Assembly: GCA_030390025.1 (NCBI GenBank) | Contig: CM059432.1 | Coordinates: 76,386,001-76,450,000, forward strand | DNA length: 64,000 nucleotides | Direction of reading: 5' to 3' | From: Squalus acanthias | Lineage: Eukaryota | In this document: positions 1 to 12,296 of the stretch, piece after piece | Layout of the letters: each line of letters begins with the position of its first letter | Numbering within the stretch: the stretch's first letter is position 1 | The notes under the pieces: generated by a model | Told to the model about the DNA's origin: nothing | The model's input: only the letters and a program-made list of their open reading frames with translations | Database searches by the model: none | Program-made: the position numbers and the translations under genes

Positions 1-1698
1 CCAGGGGCGGCGCCTCAACATTCCCAGCCATCTGTTGGAGGACAGATTGTTGGACTGCTGTGAGACCCTGCAAGCCCCTTTCCACCCAGCCATGATGGCA
101 GCAATCGGAGCTTGCGTGTTAGCTAGCCGAGACTGCAGGAGAGCAGTCTGCTCTTCCACTGCAGCACTGAGACGTTGGGTCGCTTCCGCCTGTGCTGCAA
201 TGGAAGCCACGACATCGCTCATCACACCCAGCACCATGTTTGGGTCCACAAGTTCTCCAATAGAGTTGTCCATCATTTCCATCCTGGAAATCATGGGCTC
301 TAATCTCTGCGCAAAACCCTGTGCAATGTTGGAGCTGGACTCCTCCATACTCCTTGACACTGACAAGAGGCTCTCTGGCAGGTTTGTCATTGCACCAAAC
401 ATTTCTGTGCATGCCCATCATGCCCAGTGACTCACCACGTGCAGTTCCTGCCTTTATACTACCCTCTAAAGTACGAACACTGCCATTTACTGAGCTGGTG
501 TTTGTGAGTGTCAGATCGAGTGACGGTGCCTCTTCTTCTTAACTCTCCTCCTCTACAATGTTGGGGACAGGCTGGGCTGCTTGCAATTCTTGGGTATCTG
601 AAAGGAGACATGCACAAGGGTTGGGTTGTGGTGAGGGGAGGGAGGAGGGGAAGCAAGATATCTATGCATACACTATCAGCAGCTTGTAAGTGAGAAGAGA
701 TTGTGGGATGAGGGAGAGGTGGGATGTGAGAAGAAGGATTAGATATGAGCATACTGTCATCATCAGCAAGGCTTTCCACTTCCCCGCTCACCACAAGCTC
801 TGTCACTGCCCCTCCAATTATTACTCCAGGTCCGTGAAGTTCTCAATTCTGGCTTGCCCTCAACCCATCTGCTGGTACTCCCGGTGGTTGTGCCCCACCT
901 TGGCCTGCAGGTGAAAGGGAAGTGTGTCAGTGAGTGTGGTGCAATGTGTTTGGGTGATGTGCCTGCCATCACCAGGTTGAATAGCTGGCAGTGTGTGCAA
1001 GGTGTGAGATGTGGGTGTGGGTGTTGCAGAAGTGGTAAGTGTGTGAGGGTGAAGTGAAGCTATGATTGTGAGGTATGAGTGGTGATAGGGAGAGATTGTT
1101 GGCAGGTGAGTGATGGGGGGTGTCATGCATTGAGCAGTGTGTAAGGCAGTTGGTGGAGTATGGTATTTAATGATGCATTCACTCTCCTTGACCACTCGTG
1201 TGAGTTCATTAAACTTTTTGCAGGTCCTGGGGACACACTCGTCGCAGTAACAACTTGAGCAATCTCCTCCCAGCTCCTTCTTGTGTTCAGCCTTGAAGGC
1301 CACCTGTCCACCTGTCCCCCTGTGGGTAGAGGACGTCATGGTGTCTTTGGACCCCATGTGCCACATCAGAAAATCTTTTAGGCCTTTTCTTCAGCTGTTG
1401 GATCATGGCTTTGTTTAGACTGACAATGAGGTGCTTCTACAACAAAGTACCTCCCCTTTAAGTAGTGCAGAAAGCCCAGGCCATATTTTATTGGTCAGTG
1501 GACTGCACCGATATTGGCCCCCCTGTTGAGCGCTAAGCCAATCAGCAGCGCGTTTAGCGCTGAGCTCAGTGCTGCAATCATGTAAATGAGCAGGCAGCAT
1601 TAATTTTGTGTGCTGCCTGCACCATTTTGAACTGACGCAGCTAAATAGAGCTTGGCAGTAGCCCCACCCGTTTTCGGGCCTTATCCAATTTCTAGGCC
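1..1698 (-). mobile_element. PIF/Harbinger transposon, Myb-gene end (continues beyond window start)
   Basis: Ends in CCAATTTCTAGGCC (1685-1698); its reverse complement GGCCTAGAAATTGGATAAGGCCCGAAAACGGGTGG matches the start of the element at 12297. Carries decayed Myb/SANT exon 1 (ATG ~1406; ...TCKKFNELTRVVK) and downstream coiled-coil-like coding remnants. Confidence 0.8.
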
Positions 1699-3922
1699 AT
1701 TATATCTAAATGTGCAAAGCATTCACAACAAAATAGATGAATTAATAGGACAGATAGAAATAAATGGGTTTAATCTAATAGCCATCCCTGAGACATGGTT
1801 GCAGAGTGACCAAGGTTGGGAACAAAATATTCCAGGATACTTGACTATTAGAAGAGATAGGCATAATGGAAAAGGAGGGTGGAGGTGAGTGCATGGGGTA
1901 GCCCTGATAATAAAGGATGGGATAAAGACAGTATAGAGAAAGGATCTTAGCTCTGAAAATCAAGATGTAAATTAATCAGGGTGGGTGGAGCTAAGAAACA
2001 ACAAGCGGCAGAAAACACTGGTGGGAGAAGTTTATAGGCCTCCTAACAGTAGTTGTGGTACCAGAAAGGGTATAAATGAGGAAATCAGGGGTGCATGTAA
2101 CAAAGGTAATACAGTAATCATGGGAGACTTTAATCTACATATAGACTGGGCAAACCAAATTTGCTGTAATAATGTGGAGGACGAGTTCATGGAATGTATT
2201 CAAGGTAGTTTTCTAGATCAGTATGTCAAGGAACCAACTGGGGAACAGGTTATTTTATATCTAGTATTGTGTAATGAGACAGGGTTAATTAATAACGTTG
2301 TAGTAAAGGAGCCTCTGGAGAAGAGTGATCATAATATAATAGAATTTCATATTGAGTTTGAGAGTGATTTAGCCAAGTCTGAAATTAGGGCCTTAAATCT
2401 GAACAAAGCAAACTATGTAGGTATGAGGAGCACGTTGGCTAAGGTAGATTGAGAAACTAGATTAAAAGATATGACAGTAGCTAAGCAATGGCAAACATTA
2501 AAAAAATAAATCAGAATTCTCAATAAATATACATTCCCTTAAAGAATAAAAAAACCATGGGAAAAGTGGTCCAATTGTGACTACAAGGGAAGTTAAAGAT
2601 ATTATAGATTAAAGGAAGAGGCTTATAATGTTGCTAAAAACAGTATTAAGCCTGAGGATTGGGAGGATTTTAGAATTCAACAAAGGGTGACTAAAAATTG
2701 ATGAAGAGAGAAAAAATGGAATATGAAAGTAAACTAGCAAGAGGTGCAAAAACAGTTTGTAAAAAGGAAGAAATTAGCAAAAGTAAATGTTGGTCCCTTA
2801 GAGGCAGAGACAGGTGAAATTATAATGGGGAATAAGGAAATGGCAGATACAATAAACAAATACGTTTTATCTGTCTTCACGGTAGAAGTCACAAAAAACA
2901 TTTCGGAACTGGTGGGGAACCAGGGGTCTAGTGCGAATGAGGAACTTAAAGAAATTAGTATTCGTAAAGAAATAGTACTGGAGAAATTAATGGGACTAAA
3001 AGCCAACAAATCCCATGGACCTGATGGCTTACATGCTAGGGTTTTGAAAGAGGTAGCTACAGAGATAGCGGATGGATTGGTTTTGATCTTCCAGAATTCG
3101 TTAGATTTTAGAGTGGTCCACGCGGATTGGAAGGTAGCAAACATAACCCTGCTATTCAAGAAAAGAGGGTGAAAGGAAACAGGGCCAGTTAGCCTGACAT
3201 CAGTAGTCAGGAAAATGCTAGAATCTATTATTAGGGGCGTGGTAACAGGGCACTTAGAAAATTATAATATGATTAGGCAGAGTCAACACAGGTTTATGAA
3301 AGGGAAATTGTGTTTGGCAAATCTGTTAGAGTTTTTTGAGGTTGTAACTAGCAGAATAGATAAGGGGGAACCAGTGGATGTGGTGTATTTAGATTTTCAA
3401 AAAACATTCAATAACGCACCACACAAGAATTATTGTACAAAATTAGGACTCATGGGATTGGGAGTAATATATTAGCATGGATTGAAGATTGGTTAATGGA
3501 CAGAAAACAGAGTGTAGGAATAAACGGGTCATTTTCAGGTTGGCAGGCTGTGACTAGTGGGGTGCCGCAATGATCAGGGGTTGGGCCTCAGCTATTTACA
3601 ATCTATATTAATGACTTAGATGAGGGGACTGAGTGTAATGTATCCAAGGGTGCTGATGATACAAAGCTAGGTCAGAAAGTAAGTTGTGAGGAAGATGCAA
3701 AGAGGCTGCAAAGGGATATAGACAGGTTAAGTGAGTGGGAAACAAAGTGGCATATGGAATATAATGTGGAGAAATGTGAAGTTATCCACTTTGGTAGGAA
3801 AAACAGAAAAGCAGAATATTTTTTAAAAGGTGAGAGATTGTGAAATGTTAATATTTAGAGGGAACTCCTGGGTGTTCTTGTACATGAATCACAGAAGGTT
3901 AACATGCAGGTACAGCAAGCAA
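1699..3922 (+). mobile_element. CR1 LINE ORF2 remnant (APE endonuclease + RT), decayed; 5' part cut by the Harbinger
   Basis: ORF fragments LYLNVQSIHNKIDEL, VYRPPN, IMGDFN, SDHNII, GPDGLHARVLKE, DVVYLDFQK; many stops and frameshifts; homologous to the 45175-50340 copy. Confidence 0.95.
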
Positions 3923-6752
3923 TTTTTTAAAATTCGTTCTTGGGATGTGGGTGTCGCTGGCAAGGCCAGCATTTATTGCCCATCTCTAATTGCCTTTGCG
4001 AAGGTGGTGGTGAGCCGCTTTCTTGAACCGCTGCAGCCCATGTGGTGAAGGTACTCCCACAGTGCTGTTAGGGAGGGAGTTCCAGGACTTTGACCCAGCG
4101 ATGATGAAGGATCGGCGATATACTTCCAAGTCAGGATGGTGTGTCACTTGGAGGGGAACTTGGAGGTGGTGGTATTCCCATGTGCCTGCTGCCCTTGTCC
4201 TTCTAGGTGGAAGAGGTCGAGGGTTTGGGAGGTGCTTCCGAAGAAGCCTTGGCGAATTGCTGCAGTGCATCTTCTAGATGGTAAATACTGCAGCCACGGT
4301 ACGCCGGTGAATGTTTAAGGTGGTGGATGGGGTGAATGTTTAAGGTGGTGGATGGGGTGCCAATCAAGCGCGTTGCTTTGTCCTGGATGGTGGCAAGCTT
4401 CTTGAGTGTTGTTGGAGCTGCACTCATCCAGGCAAGTGGAGAGTATTCCATCACACTCCTTACTTGTGCCTTGTAGATGATGGAAAGGCTTTGGGGAGTC
4501 AGGAGGTGAGACACTCGCCGCAGATTACCTAGCCTATGACCAGCTCTTGTAGCCACAGGATTTATGTGGCTGGTCCAGTTAAGTTTCTGGTCAATGGTGA
4601 CCCCCAGGATGTTGAGGGATTTGGTGATGGTAATGCCGTTGAACATCAAGGGGCGGTGGTTAAAATCTCGCTTGTTGGAGATAGTCATTGCCTGGCACTT
4701 CTGTGGTGCGAATGTTACCTGCCACTTATCAGCCCAAGCCTGAATGTCGTCCAGGTCTTGTTGCATGCGGGCATGGACTGCTGCATTATCTGAGGAGTTG
4801 TGAATGGCACTGAATACTGTGCAATCATCAGCGAACATCCCCATTTCTGAGGTCGGGAGCCGAGTACTCTTGGTGGAACCCAAACTGGGCATCAGTGAGC
4901 AGGTGCCGCTTGATAGCACTGTCGATGACACCTTCCATCACTTTGCTGATGATTGAGAGTAGACCAATGGGGCGGTAATTGGCCGGGTTGGATTTGTCCT
5001 GCTTTTTGTGGACAGGACATACCTGGGCAGTTTTCCACATTGTCGGATAGATGCCAGTGTTGTAACTGTACTGGAACAGCTTGGCCAGTTCTGGAGCACA
5101 AGTCTTCAGCATGACAGCCGGGATGTTGTCGGGGCCCATAGCCTTTGCTGTATCCAGTGCGCTCAGCTGTTTTTTGATGTCACATGGAGTGAATCGAATT
5201 GGCTGAAGACTGGCTTCTGTGATGGTGGGAACCTCGGGCGTAGGCCAATATGGATCATCCACTCAGCACTTCTGGCTGAAAACGCTTCAGCCTTGTCTTT
5301 TGCGGATGGGGATATTCATGGAGCCTCCTCCTCCCGTTAGTTGTTTAATGGTCCACCACCATTCACGATTGGATGTGGCAGGACTGCAGAGCTTTGATTC
5401 GTTGATTGTGGGATCACTTAGTCCTGTCTATAGCATGCTGCTTCTGAGCATGCATGTAGTCCTGTGTTGCAGCTTCCCACCTCATTTTTAGGTACACCTG
5501 GTGCTGCTCCTGGCATGCTCTTCTACACTCCTGATTGAACCAGGGTTGGTCCCCTGGCTTGATGGTAATAGTAGAGTGAGGGATATACCAGGCCATGAGG
5601 TTACAGATTGTGGTGGAATACAATTCTGCTGCTGCCCCACAGATGCCCAGATTTGAGCTGCTAGATCTGTTCTGAATCTATCCCATTTAGCACGGTGGTA
5701 GAGCCACACAACGCGATGGAAGGTGTCCTCAGTGTGAAAACGGGACTTTGTCTCCGCAATGGCTGTGCGGTGGTCACTGCTAACAATACTGTCATGGACA
5801 GATGCATTTGCAACAGGTAGATTGGTGAGGACAAGGTCAAGTAGGTTTTTCCCCTCGTGTTGGTTCTCTCACCACCTGTCGCAGGCCCAGACTGGCAGTT
5901 ATGTCCTTCAGGACTCAGCCAGCAGTGGTGCTACCGAGCCACTCTTGGCGATGGACATTGAAGTCCCCCACCCAGAGTACATTCTGTGCCCTTGCTACTC
6001 TCAGTGCTTCTTCCAAGTGGTGTTCAACATGGAGGAGTACATCAGCTGAGGGAGGGCGGTAGGTGGTAATCAGCAGGAGGTTTCCTTGCCCATGCTTGAC
6101 CTGAAGGCATGAGACTTCATGGGGTCCGGAGTCAATGTAGAGAACTCCCAGGGCCACTCCTTCCCGACTGTATACCACAGTGCCACCACCCCTGACAGGA
6201 CATACCCAGAGATGGTGATGGAGGAGTTTGGGACATTGGCTGAAAGGTATGATTCTGTGAGTATGACTATGGCAGGTTGTTGCTTGACTAGTCTGTAGGA
6301 CAGCTCTCCCAATTTTGGCACAAGTCTCCAGATGTTGGAAAGGAGGAGTTTGATAGGGTTTATTGGACAGTGTGTTTTAGCCAGTGCTGCGGTAGATGCC
6401 GGGTGGTCCGTCTGGTTTCATTCTTATTATTGTTTTTTGTAGCAGTAACTGAGTGGCTTGTTAGGATATTTCAGAGGGCAGTTAAGAGTCAACCACATGG
6501 CTGTGAGTCTGGAGCCACATATAGGCCAGACCAGGTAAGGACAGCAGGTTTCCTTCCCTAAAGGACAGTAGTGAACCAGATGGGTTTTTACAACAATCCG
6601 ATAGTTTCATGGTTATTATTACTGATACTAGCTTTTTAATTAGCTGAATTTAAATTTCCCAGCTGCTGTGGTGGGATTTGAACTCACGTCTCTGGATCAT
6701 TAGTCCATGCCTCTAGATTACTAGCCCAGTGACATTACCACTATGCTACCGT
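3923..6752 (-). mobile_element. CR1-group LINE, second family ('LINE-B'): tRNA-like head, APE-RT ORF (decayed), A-rich tail
   Basis: APE motifs (VILTESYL, YRPPS, WVGDFN), RT motifs (GPDNIP, NYRPIGLL, QFGF, MFADD); 3' UTR GGGCAATAAATGCTGGCC followed by an A-rich tail near 3923; A/B boxes at the 5' end. Confidence 0.9.
6673..6748 (-). promoter_or_regulatory. RNA polymerase III type-2 internal promoter (A box + B box) in the LINE-B head
   Basis: Minus strand TAGCATAGTGG (6748-6738) fits the A box TRGCNNARYGG; GAGTTCAAATCCC (6685-6673) fits the B box. Confidence 0.7.
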
Positions 6753-7392
6753 TCCCTTGGTGCTGCTGAAGAAGCCTTGGCGAGTTGCTGCAGTGCATCT
6801 TGTAGATGGTACACACTGCAGCCGCGGTACGCCGGTGGTGGAGGGAGTGAATGTTTAAGGTGGTTAATGGGAAGCCAATCAAGTGGGCTGCTTTGTCCTG
6901 GATGGTGTCGAGCTTCTTGAATGTTGTTGGAGCTGCACTCATCCAGGCAAGTGGAGAGTATTCCATCACACTCCTTACTTGTGCCTTGTAGATAGTGCAA
7001 AGGCTTTGGGGAGTCAAGAGGTGAGACACTCGCCGCAGAATACCTAGCCTCTGACCTGCTCTTGTTGCCACAGAATTTATGTGGCTGGTCCAGTTAAGTT
7101 TCTGGTCAATGGTGACCCCCAGGATGTTGATGGTGGGGGATTCGGCAATGATAATGCTGTTGAATGTCAAGGGGCGGTTGTTAGACTCTCGCTTGTTGAA
7201 GATAGTCATTGCCTGGCACTTGTGTGGCGCGAATGTTAGTTGCCACTTATCAGCCCAAGCCTGAACGTCGTCCAGGTCTTGTTGCATGCGGGCATGGACC
7301 GCTTCATTATCTGAGGAGTTGTGAATGGCACTGAACACTGTGCAATCATCAGCGAACAACCCCATTTCTGACCTTATGTTGGAGGGAAGGTC
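6753..7392 (-). mobile_element. LINE-B internal fragment (RT C-terminal half)
   Basis: ORF 6721..7365 MGLFADD...LGVTIDQKLNW...MEYSPLAW; near-identical to 4203-4850. Confidence 0.9.
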
Positions 7393-7452
7393 TTACTCTT
7401 ATTTTCCAATCCCTTTGTAATAAAGGCTAACATACAATTTGCTTTCCTAGTA
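7393..7452 (-). mobile_element. 60-bp CR1 piece that continues the 1699-3922 copy, inverted
   Basis: Minus strand reads ACTAGGAAAGCAAATTGTATGTTAGCCTTTATTACA (RKANCMLAFITKG), the sequence that follows CAAGCAATT in the second CR1 copy (~45750-45810). Confidence 0.8.
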
Positions 7453-8210
7453 AACTGAAGCCAATGGGAATCGAGGGAAATCTCTCCACTGGCTGGAGTC
7501 ATACCTAGCACAAGGGAAAATCGTTGTGGTTGTTGGAGGCCAATCATCTCAGCCCCTGGACATAGCTGCAGGAGTTCCTCAGCGCAGTGTCCTCGGTCCA
7601 ACCATCTTCAGCTGTTTCATTAATGACCTTCCCTCCATCATAAGATCATACGTGGGGATATTCGCTGATGACTGCACAGTGTTCAGTTGTATTCGCAACT
7701 CCTCAGATAATGAAGCAGTCCATGCCTGCATGCAGCAAGATCTGGACAACATTCCGGCTTGGGCTGATAAGCCCGCTTGATTGGCAACCCCATCCACCAC
7801 CTTAAACATTCACTCCCTCCAGCACTGGCGTACTGTGGCTGCAGTGTGTACCGTCTACAAGGTGCACTGCAGCAACTCGTCAAAGCTTCTTCGACAGCGC
7901 CTCCCAAACCCGCAGCCTCTACCATCTAGAAGGACAAGGGCAGCAGGAACATGGGAACACCACCACCTCCAATGTCCCCTCCAAGTCACACACCATCCTG
8001 ACTTGGAAATATATCGCCGATCCTTCATCGTCGATGGGTCAAAATCCTGGAACTCCCTCCCTAACAGCACTGTGGGAGTACCTTCACCTCTCAGACTGCA
8101 GCTGTTCAAGAAGGCGGCTCACCACCACCTTCTCAAGGGCAATCAGGGTTGGGCAATAAATGCTGGCCTTGCCATCGACGCCCACATCCCATGAATTAAT
8201 TTTAAAAAAT
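7453..8210 (+). mobile_element. LINE-B 3' fragment, 5'-truncated and internally deleted
   Basis: GVPQRSVLGP, IFADD and SWNSLP motifs; 3' UTR GGGCAATAAATGCTGGCC and A/T tail. Confidence 0.9.
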
Positions 8211-9023
8211 TATTATTACGTAGTGTCTGTTGTTTAAGATTCTCCTATAATCCCTTTGTAACAAAATAAGACAGTTTTAAATAAATAATCCAAAAATTGA
8301 ACATGAATATTTTAAAAATCTTATTTTATTATGGATTGACTGTATAAAATAGCTGTCACATGTAAGGTTCTATTTAAATTATTTTTGATCAATTTATGTT
8401 ATGCTGTATATAAAATCTGAAAAATTAGTTAATATTAATTAACAGGTAGACCTTTGGCAGCAGTGTACTAATACCTATTTGTGGTGTTTATAAAGCCTGC
8501 TTATTGTACAATTCAATGCCTGTATCCTTTCTGTTAATCCTTTCTGGTGCGTTATGAAGAACAATGATCCTATCCAGTGATATCCCAGCTGTGTGCTAAA
8601 TTTTTGAAAATGATTACGAGACTTTTCACGTGACATACAAAGAGCCCTGCAGTAATGGGGGACACAGAGGTGAACAGATGGAGCGGTAGTCTTCAAGGAG
8701 GAAAATTCCCACTGTTTGCTATTTATATCAAAATTGAACAGTAGTAATCTTCTCCCCAAATGAGCGCCATTAGTTTTCCAAGTAAAGTAATACATTGGCT
8801 TAAACGCACTGTTTAAAAATTATAAGGAAAATAGCACTCACAGACATCATGCTGGGCTTGGTATTCCTTTACTGTTTTACTGAGCACAATGCTAGGAGTC
8901 CGTCAAAGGGAGGGAGGGTGGGAAACTGTGCAGATCCTTAAAACATTTGAGGGCTGCAGCCATTTAAAAGGTTGGATAAGGGGTCAAAAACTGTTTCAGC
9001 CATAGCAAAGGATGAAAACATTA

Positions 9024-9920
9024 GGGGGAAAATTCAGGTTGCTTTGCGCCTCCTGTTAGCGCCCTAAGGGGGCGCTAATGGGGCGCAAAGCAACTAGCAA
9101 CTAGTGCCCGGGCGCGGCGATGTTTGCGCCGCTCGCGAAATTGACCAGGCATTTTGCGGCGGTGCTAAACACTACCGCCACGATCTCCTGCGCCCGCAGA
9201 TCATGACGTCAGTCGAGCGTGCAACGCCCCGGTATCACCCCGGACCGGATATTGAGTGGCACCCCCTGCCTTACTGCCTGCTGCTAGCAACGACAGGTTG
9301 AGGGGAGCGTTTTGCAGTCGGGAAGGGACTGGGGGAGTGCTATTTAAAGGCGACCGCTTCCTGCCTTTTTTCGTTGGCGACATTTTTGCACCACGCGTTC
9401 TGAGAGAGAGAGAGAGACTTCTGGAGAGATTCAACGCTGTGTGAAGGAGTTTTGGGTACTGAGCAGCACTTTGCAGGTTCATTTTGATTTGACCTTCCTT
9501 GCATTGATTTAGAATAGACTATGGGGCTGCACTCTGAGTTCTTTCCCTGGGCCTCTCCATTGTTCTTTCCAGCAGATTTGATGTACAGGTCTCTCCAGGC
9601 CGAGATTCAAGGCTGCAATGAGCAGGGTGTGGATGGAGACCAAGATCGACCCTCCCCTTTAAGAACTGGCCAGCGCCATTGTGTCTGTGTTCCATTGCTG
9701 ACTGGCATCACATGAGCTTCGCCAGTGCTCTGAGGTAGCGCCTCGCTCCTCGGCGTTAGCCCCTTAAGAGAGGTGTGTAGCACCTGATTTAGCGCTCCAA
9801 TCACTCCAGGGGCGATAGAAGCCAAGTTTGCAGTCAGAGGCGATAATTAGCGCCAGGCGCTAAACTTTGCGCCCGGCCGATAATTGCGCCCCAAACAGGG
9901 CGATACCGAATTTCTCCCCC
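9024..9920. mobile_element. Non-autonomous TIR element (Harbinger-like MITE), CpG-rich
   Basis: TIRs GGGGGAAAATTC / GAATTTCTCCCCC flanked by TTA/TAA; internal TGACGTCA and TATTTAAAGG module shared with the Harbingers; no coding capacity. Confidence 0.7.
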
Positions 9921-12296
9921 TAAGAAAAATATTAGGGCTGATTTTTTCTTCCACCCCGTATCTAAGTACAAGTCAAGTGTTTAGTAGACATGTTTCTAAC
10001 ACATTTCCTCTTTCTGCAAGTGAAGAAGAATTGCCTCCTGACCAAATGTACCTGAACCCACTCATATATCTGGCTGATGTTATTTAAATACAGTGGGCGT
10101 GTGCCAGGTGTGCACTGCAGCTGTAATTGGACACACATACGTTATCAGCAACAACTTCACGTGCTCTTCCTCGCCTAAAATTCCTGCAGCAGCTTAAAAA
10201 CTTTCATGTCCTTGTGGCTGGCTGGATTTACAAAGGATTTCTTCCTGGGGAAGTTGTCCCTCATGTTGCCAGTAGTATTGGAAAGGCAGAGCCCTCTGCT
10301 TTGACGATGACCGTATTGAACTCTTGCTGCAGGGAGTGGAGCAGAGGAGGGAAGTGCTCTGTCGTGGCCATAATGTCTGTGGACTGAAGAGCTTTACAGG
10401 AGATGGCAGATGGGATAAATGCCAGCAGCCTTACCAGAGGTTGAACTGCAGTGCTGAAAAATATTTAACAACCGCACTCGGAGGGGTAAGGTAGGCTGGT
10501 GCAACATTATTGCTCATTAATGTTATATACCAACTAGTAGCTGCATAATCTCTTGTCTCGACCTTCACATTACTTCACCTTCTCTCAACTTTCCCCTAAG
10601 CTGCTCTGTGCACTTGCCACTATCACTCAATGGCCAGCACTGCCTCCTTCAGCACAGGATGCCCAGAACAACTCCTTCCATGTTGCGGGGTCAGTAACTT
10701 TGCATGATCTGAACCCATTTGGTGAGAACGGGGCACGTTTGGTCAGATGCCCAATTTAGGACCCTGCCCGATTTTTGGCTCTTTTGTTGATTTCTTGTTT
10801 GATCTGCACAGTGCAACTGAGTACAATGTGTAGTTATGAAAAGCTACAGAATTTAGCTTTGTGTCCTCTCTCATATTCTTCGGTTTATTGTAAGATTGGC
10901 CTGGTGCAATATAGCTTTGGTCTTTTTTTAAGCTGATGGTTAAGCTATGGTGCTAGGTCAACTAGCAAACCAATTGATAATATGCCTTCAAAACGGGTGA
11001 GTATAGCGCAATAATCAGCAAATAGTTTACAAATTACCTTAGTTTTGGTTGTTGTTTCATTGAGAGTCAATGCCACTCTTTATTCAGAAGTCAATGCCAG
11101 TGTTCTTGTTCAAAATTCAAAATCCATCATAGCTGCAAAATAAAATCCCAACAAGGCTCTGACAATTATGTAACCTTACTTCACACCATCAGCATTCACT
11201 GTGCCCGGTAAATGTTGTTACGGCATTTCCTGATTATGTTAATGATCATATCGGGACAGACAAACTATCTCAGCACCTTCCAGAGTCCTCTTTTACCAAC
11301 TGAGTTGAAGGCCTTTGTGATATCGATGAATTCTAAATATAAGGGCTGTCATTGTTCCAGGCACTTCTCCAGCATCTGTCAGGCTTTGAAGATTGTGTTA
11401 ACTGTCCCACACACAGCAGAGTGAGAAGTCACTGCTCCCACCCATGTGTTCTGTATTCTGTATATAGTAAATATCTGTATTTTATATTTGGTTTATAGAT
11501 ATCAAAATTCATGGACGTGCTGTTATGACTTTTTAAAAATTCAGTATCAATGTCATAGGTGCCTATATTTGATTTATTCCATAATTATATCCATATCTTT
11601 ATTTATGCAGCAGTTACAGGTTAATGATGTCAGTTGATTTGCTGTACCACACTCCTGATGTGCTTTTTTTCTTTTAATGATTTTCCAGAATGCCAGTGAG
11701 CCGGCCTATGTGAGCATTTAGTAAGGACCTGCTTAAATTTTTGAGCTGTCTTTGGTTCCCTGCCTATTTTGGTCCGCCAGTGAGGTAGGGAATATCACTA
11801 GAAGTTAATAGCAATGACTCATTAGACACTTGCTGCTTATTATTGCCATGTCATTGCCATTGAGTTGTATCCAGAGACATTACCCCAGTATTTCTATTTA
11901 ATATTAAAGTAATTTCCCCCAGGATGAATAAAGAAAATGTATCCGTGTTTTTGATTTAAAGTAAAATAATTAAAAATAATCAAAAGGAAAAATAAACCAA
12001 ATGTTCCTATCTTCTGTCCTTTTAAGTCTGTGCTTTAATAAAGTCTGATTTTCCTGAATGGGTATATTGAGTTCTTAAAACTAGTTTCTATGCCAGGTTT
12101 TATTCAGTAGCTTTTTGAATTATGTGAATTTAAATGTTAATCATCATCATCCAGAAGAGGAATTAAAATAAAAAATGAGACCAGCAAGGTGTGGAGATAT
12201 TGCTTTCTTAAAACATCAGCACAGATATGACTGTATCTCAGTATAGATGTTACAGAATAGGCCCAATGTAGCTATTTTGTAATTTTATGTTCCATA

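Noticed and set aside
35..1366. Overlapping ORFs of 60-170 aa as host genes
   Set aside because: They are alternate or antisense frames of the decayed Harbinger Myb gene and its CA-rich intron.
4308..4359. 25-bp direct repeat as a regulatory or CRISPR-like array
   Set aside because: Only two adjacent units with no spacers; a simple tandem duplication in a dead LINE.
6670..6752. Functional tRNA gene
   Set aside because: A and B boxes are present, but no convincing cloverleaf or terminator; the sequence continues into a retroelement.
9945..10790. Moderately GC-rich block as a host exon
   Set aside because: No consistent splice signals or recognisable protein; more likely a very degraded transposon, but ends could not be defined.
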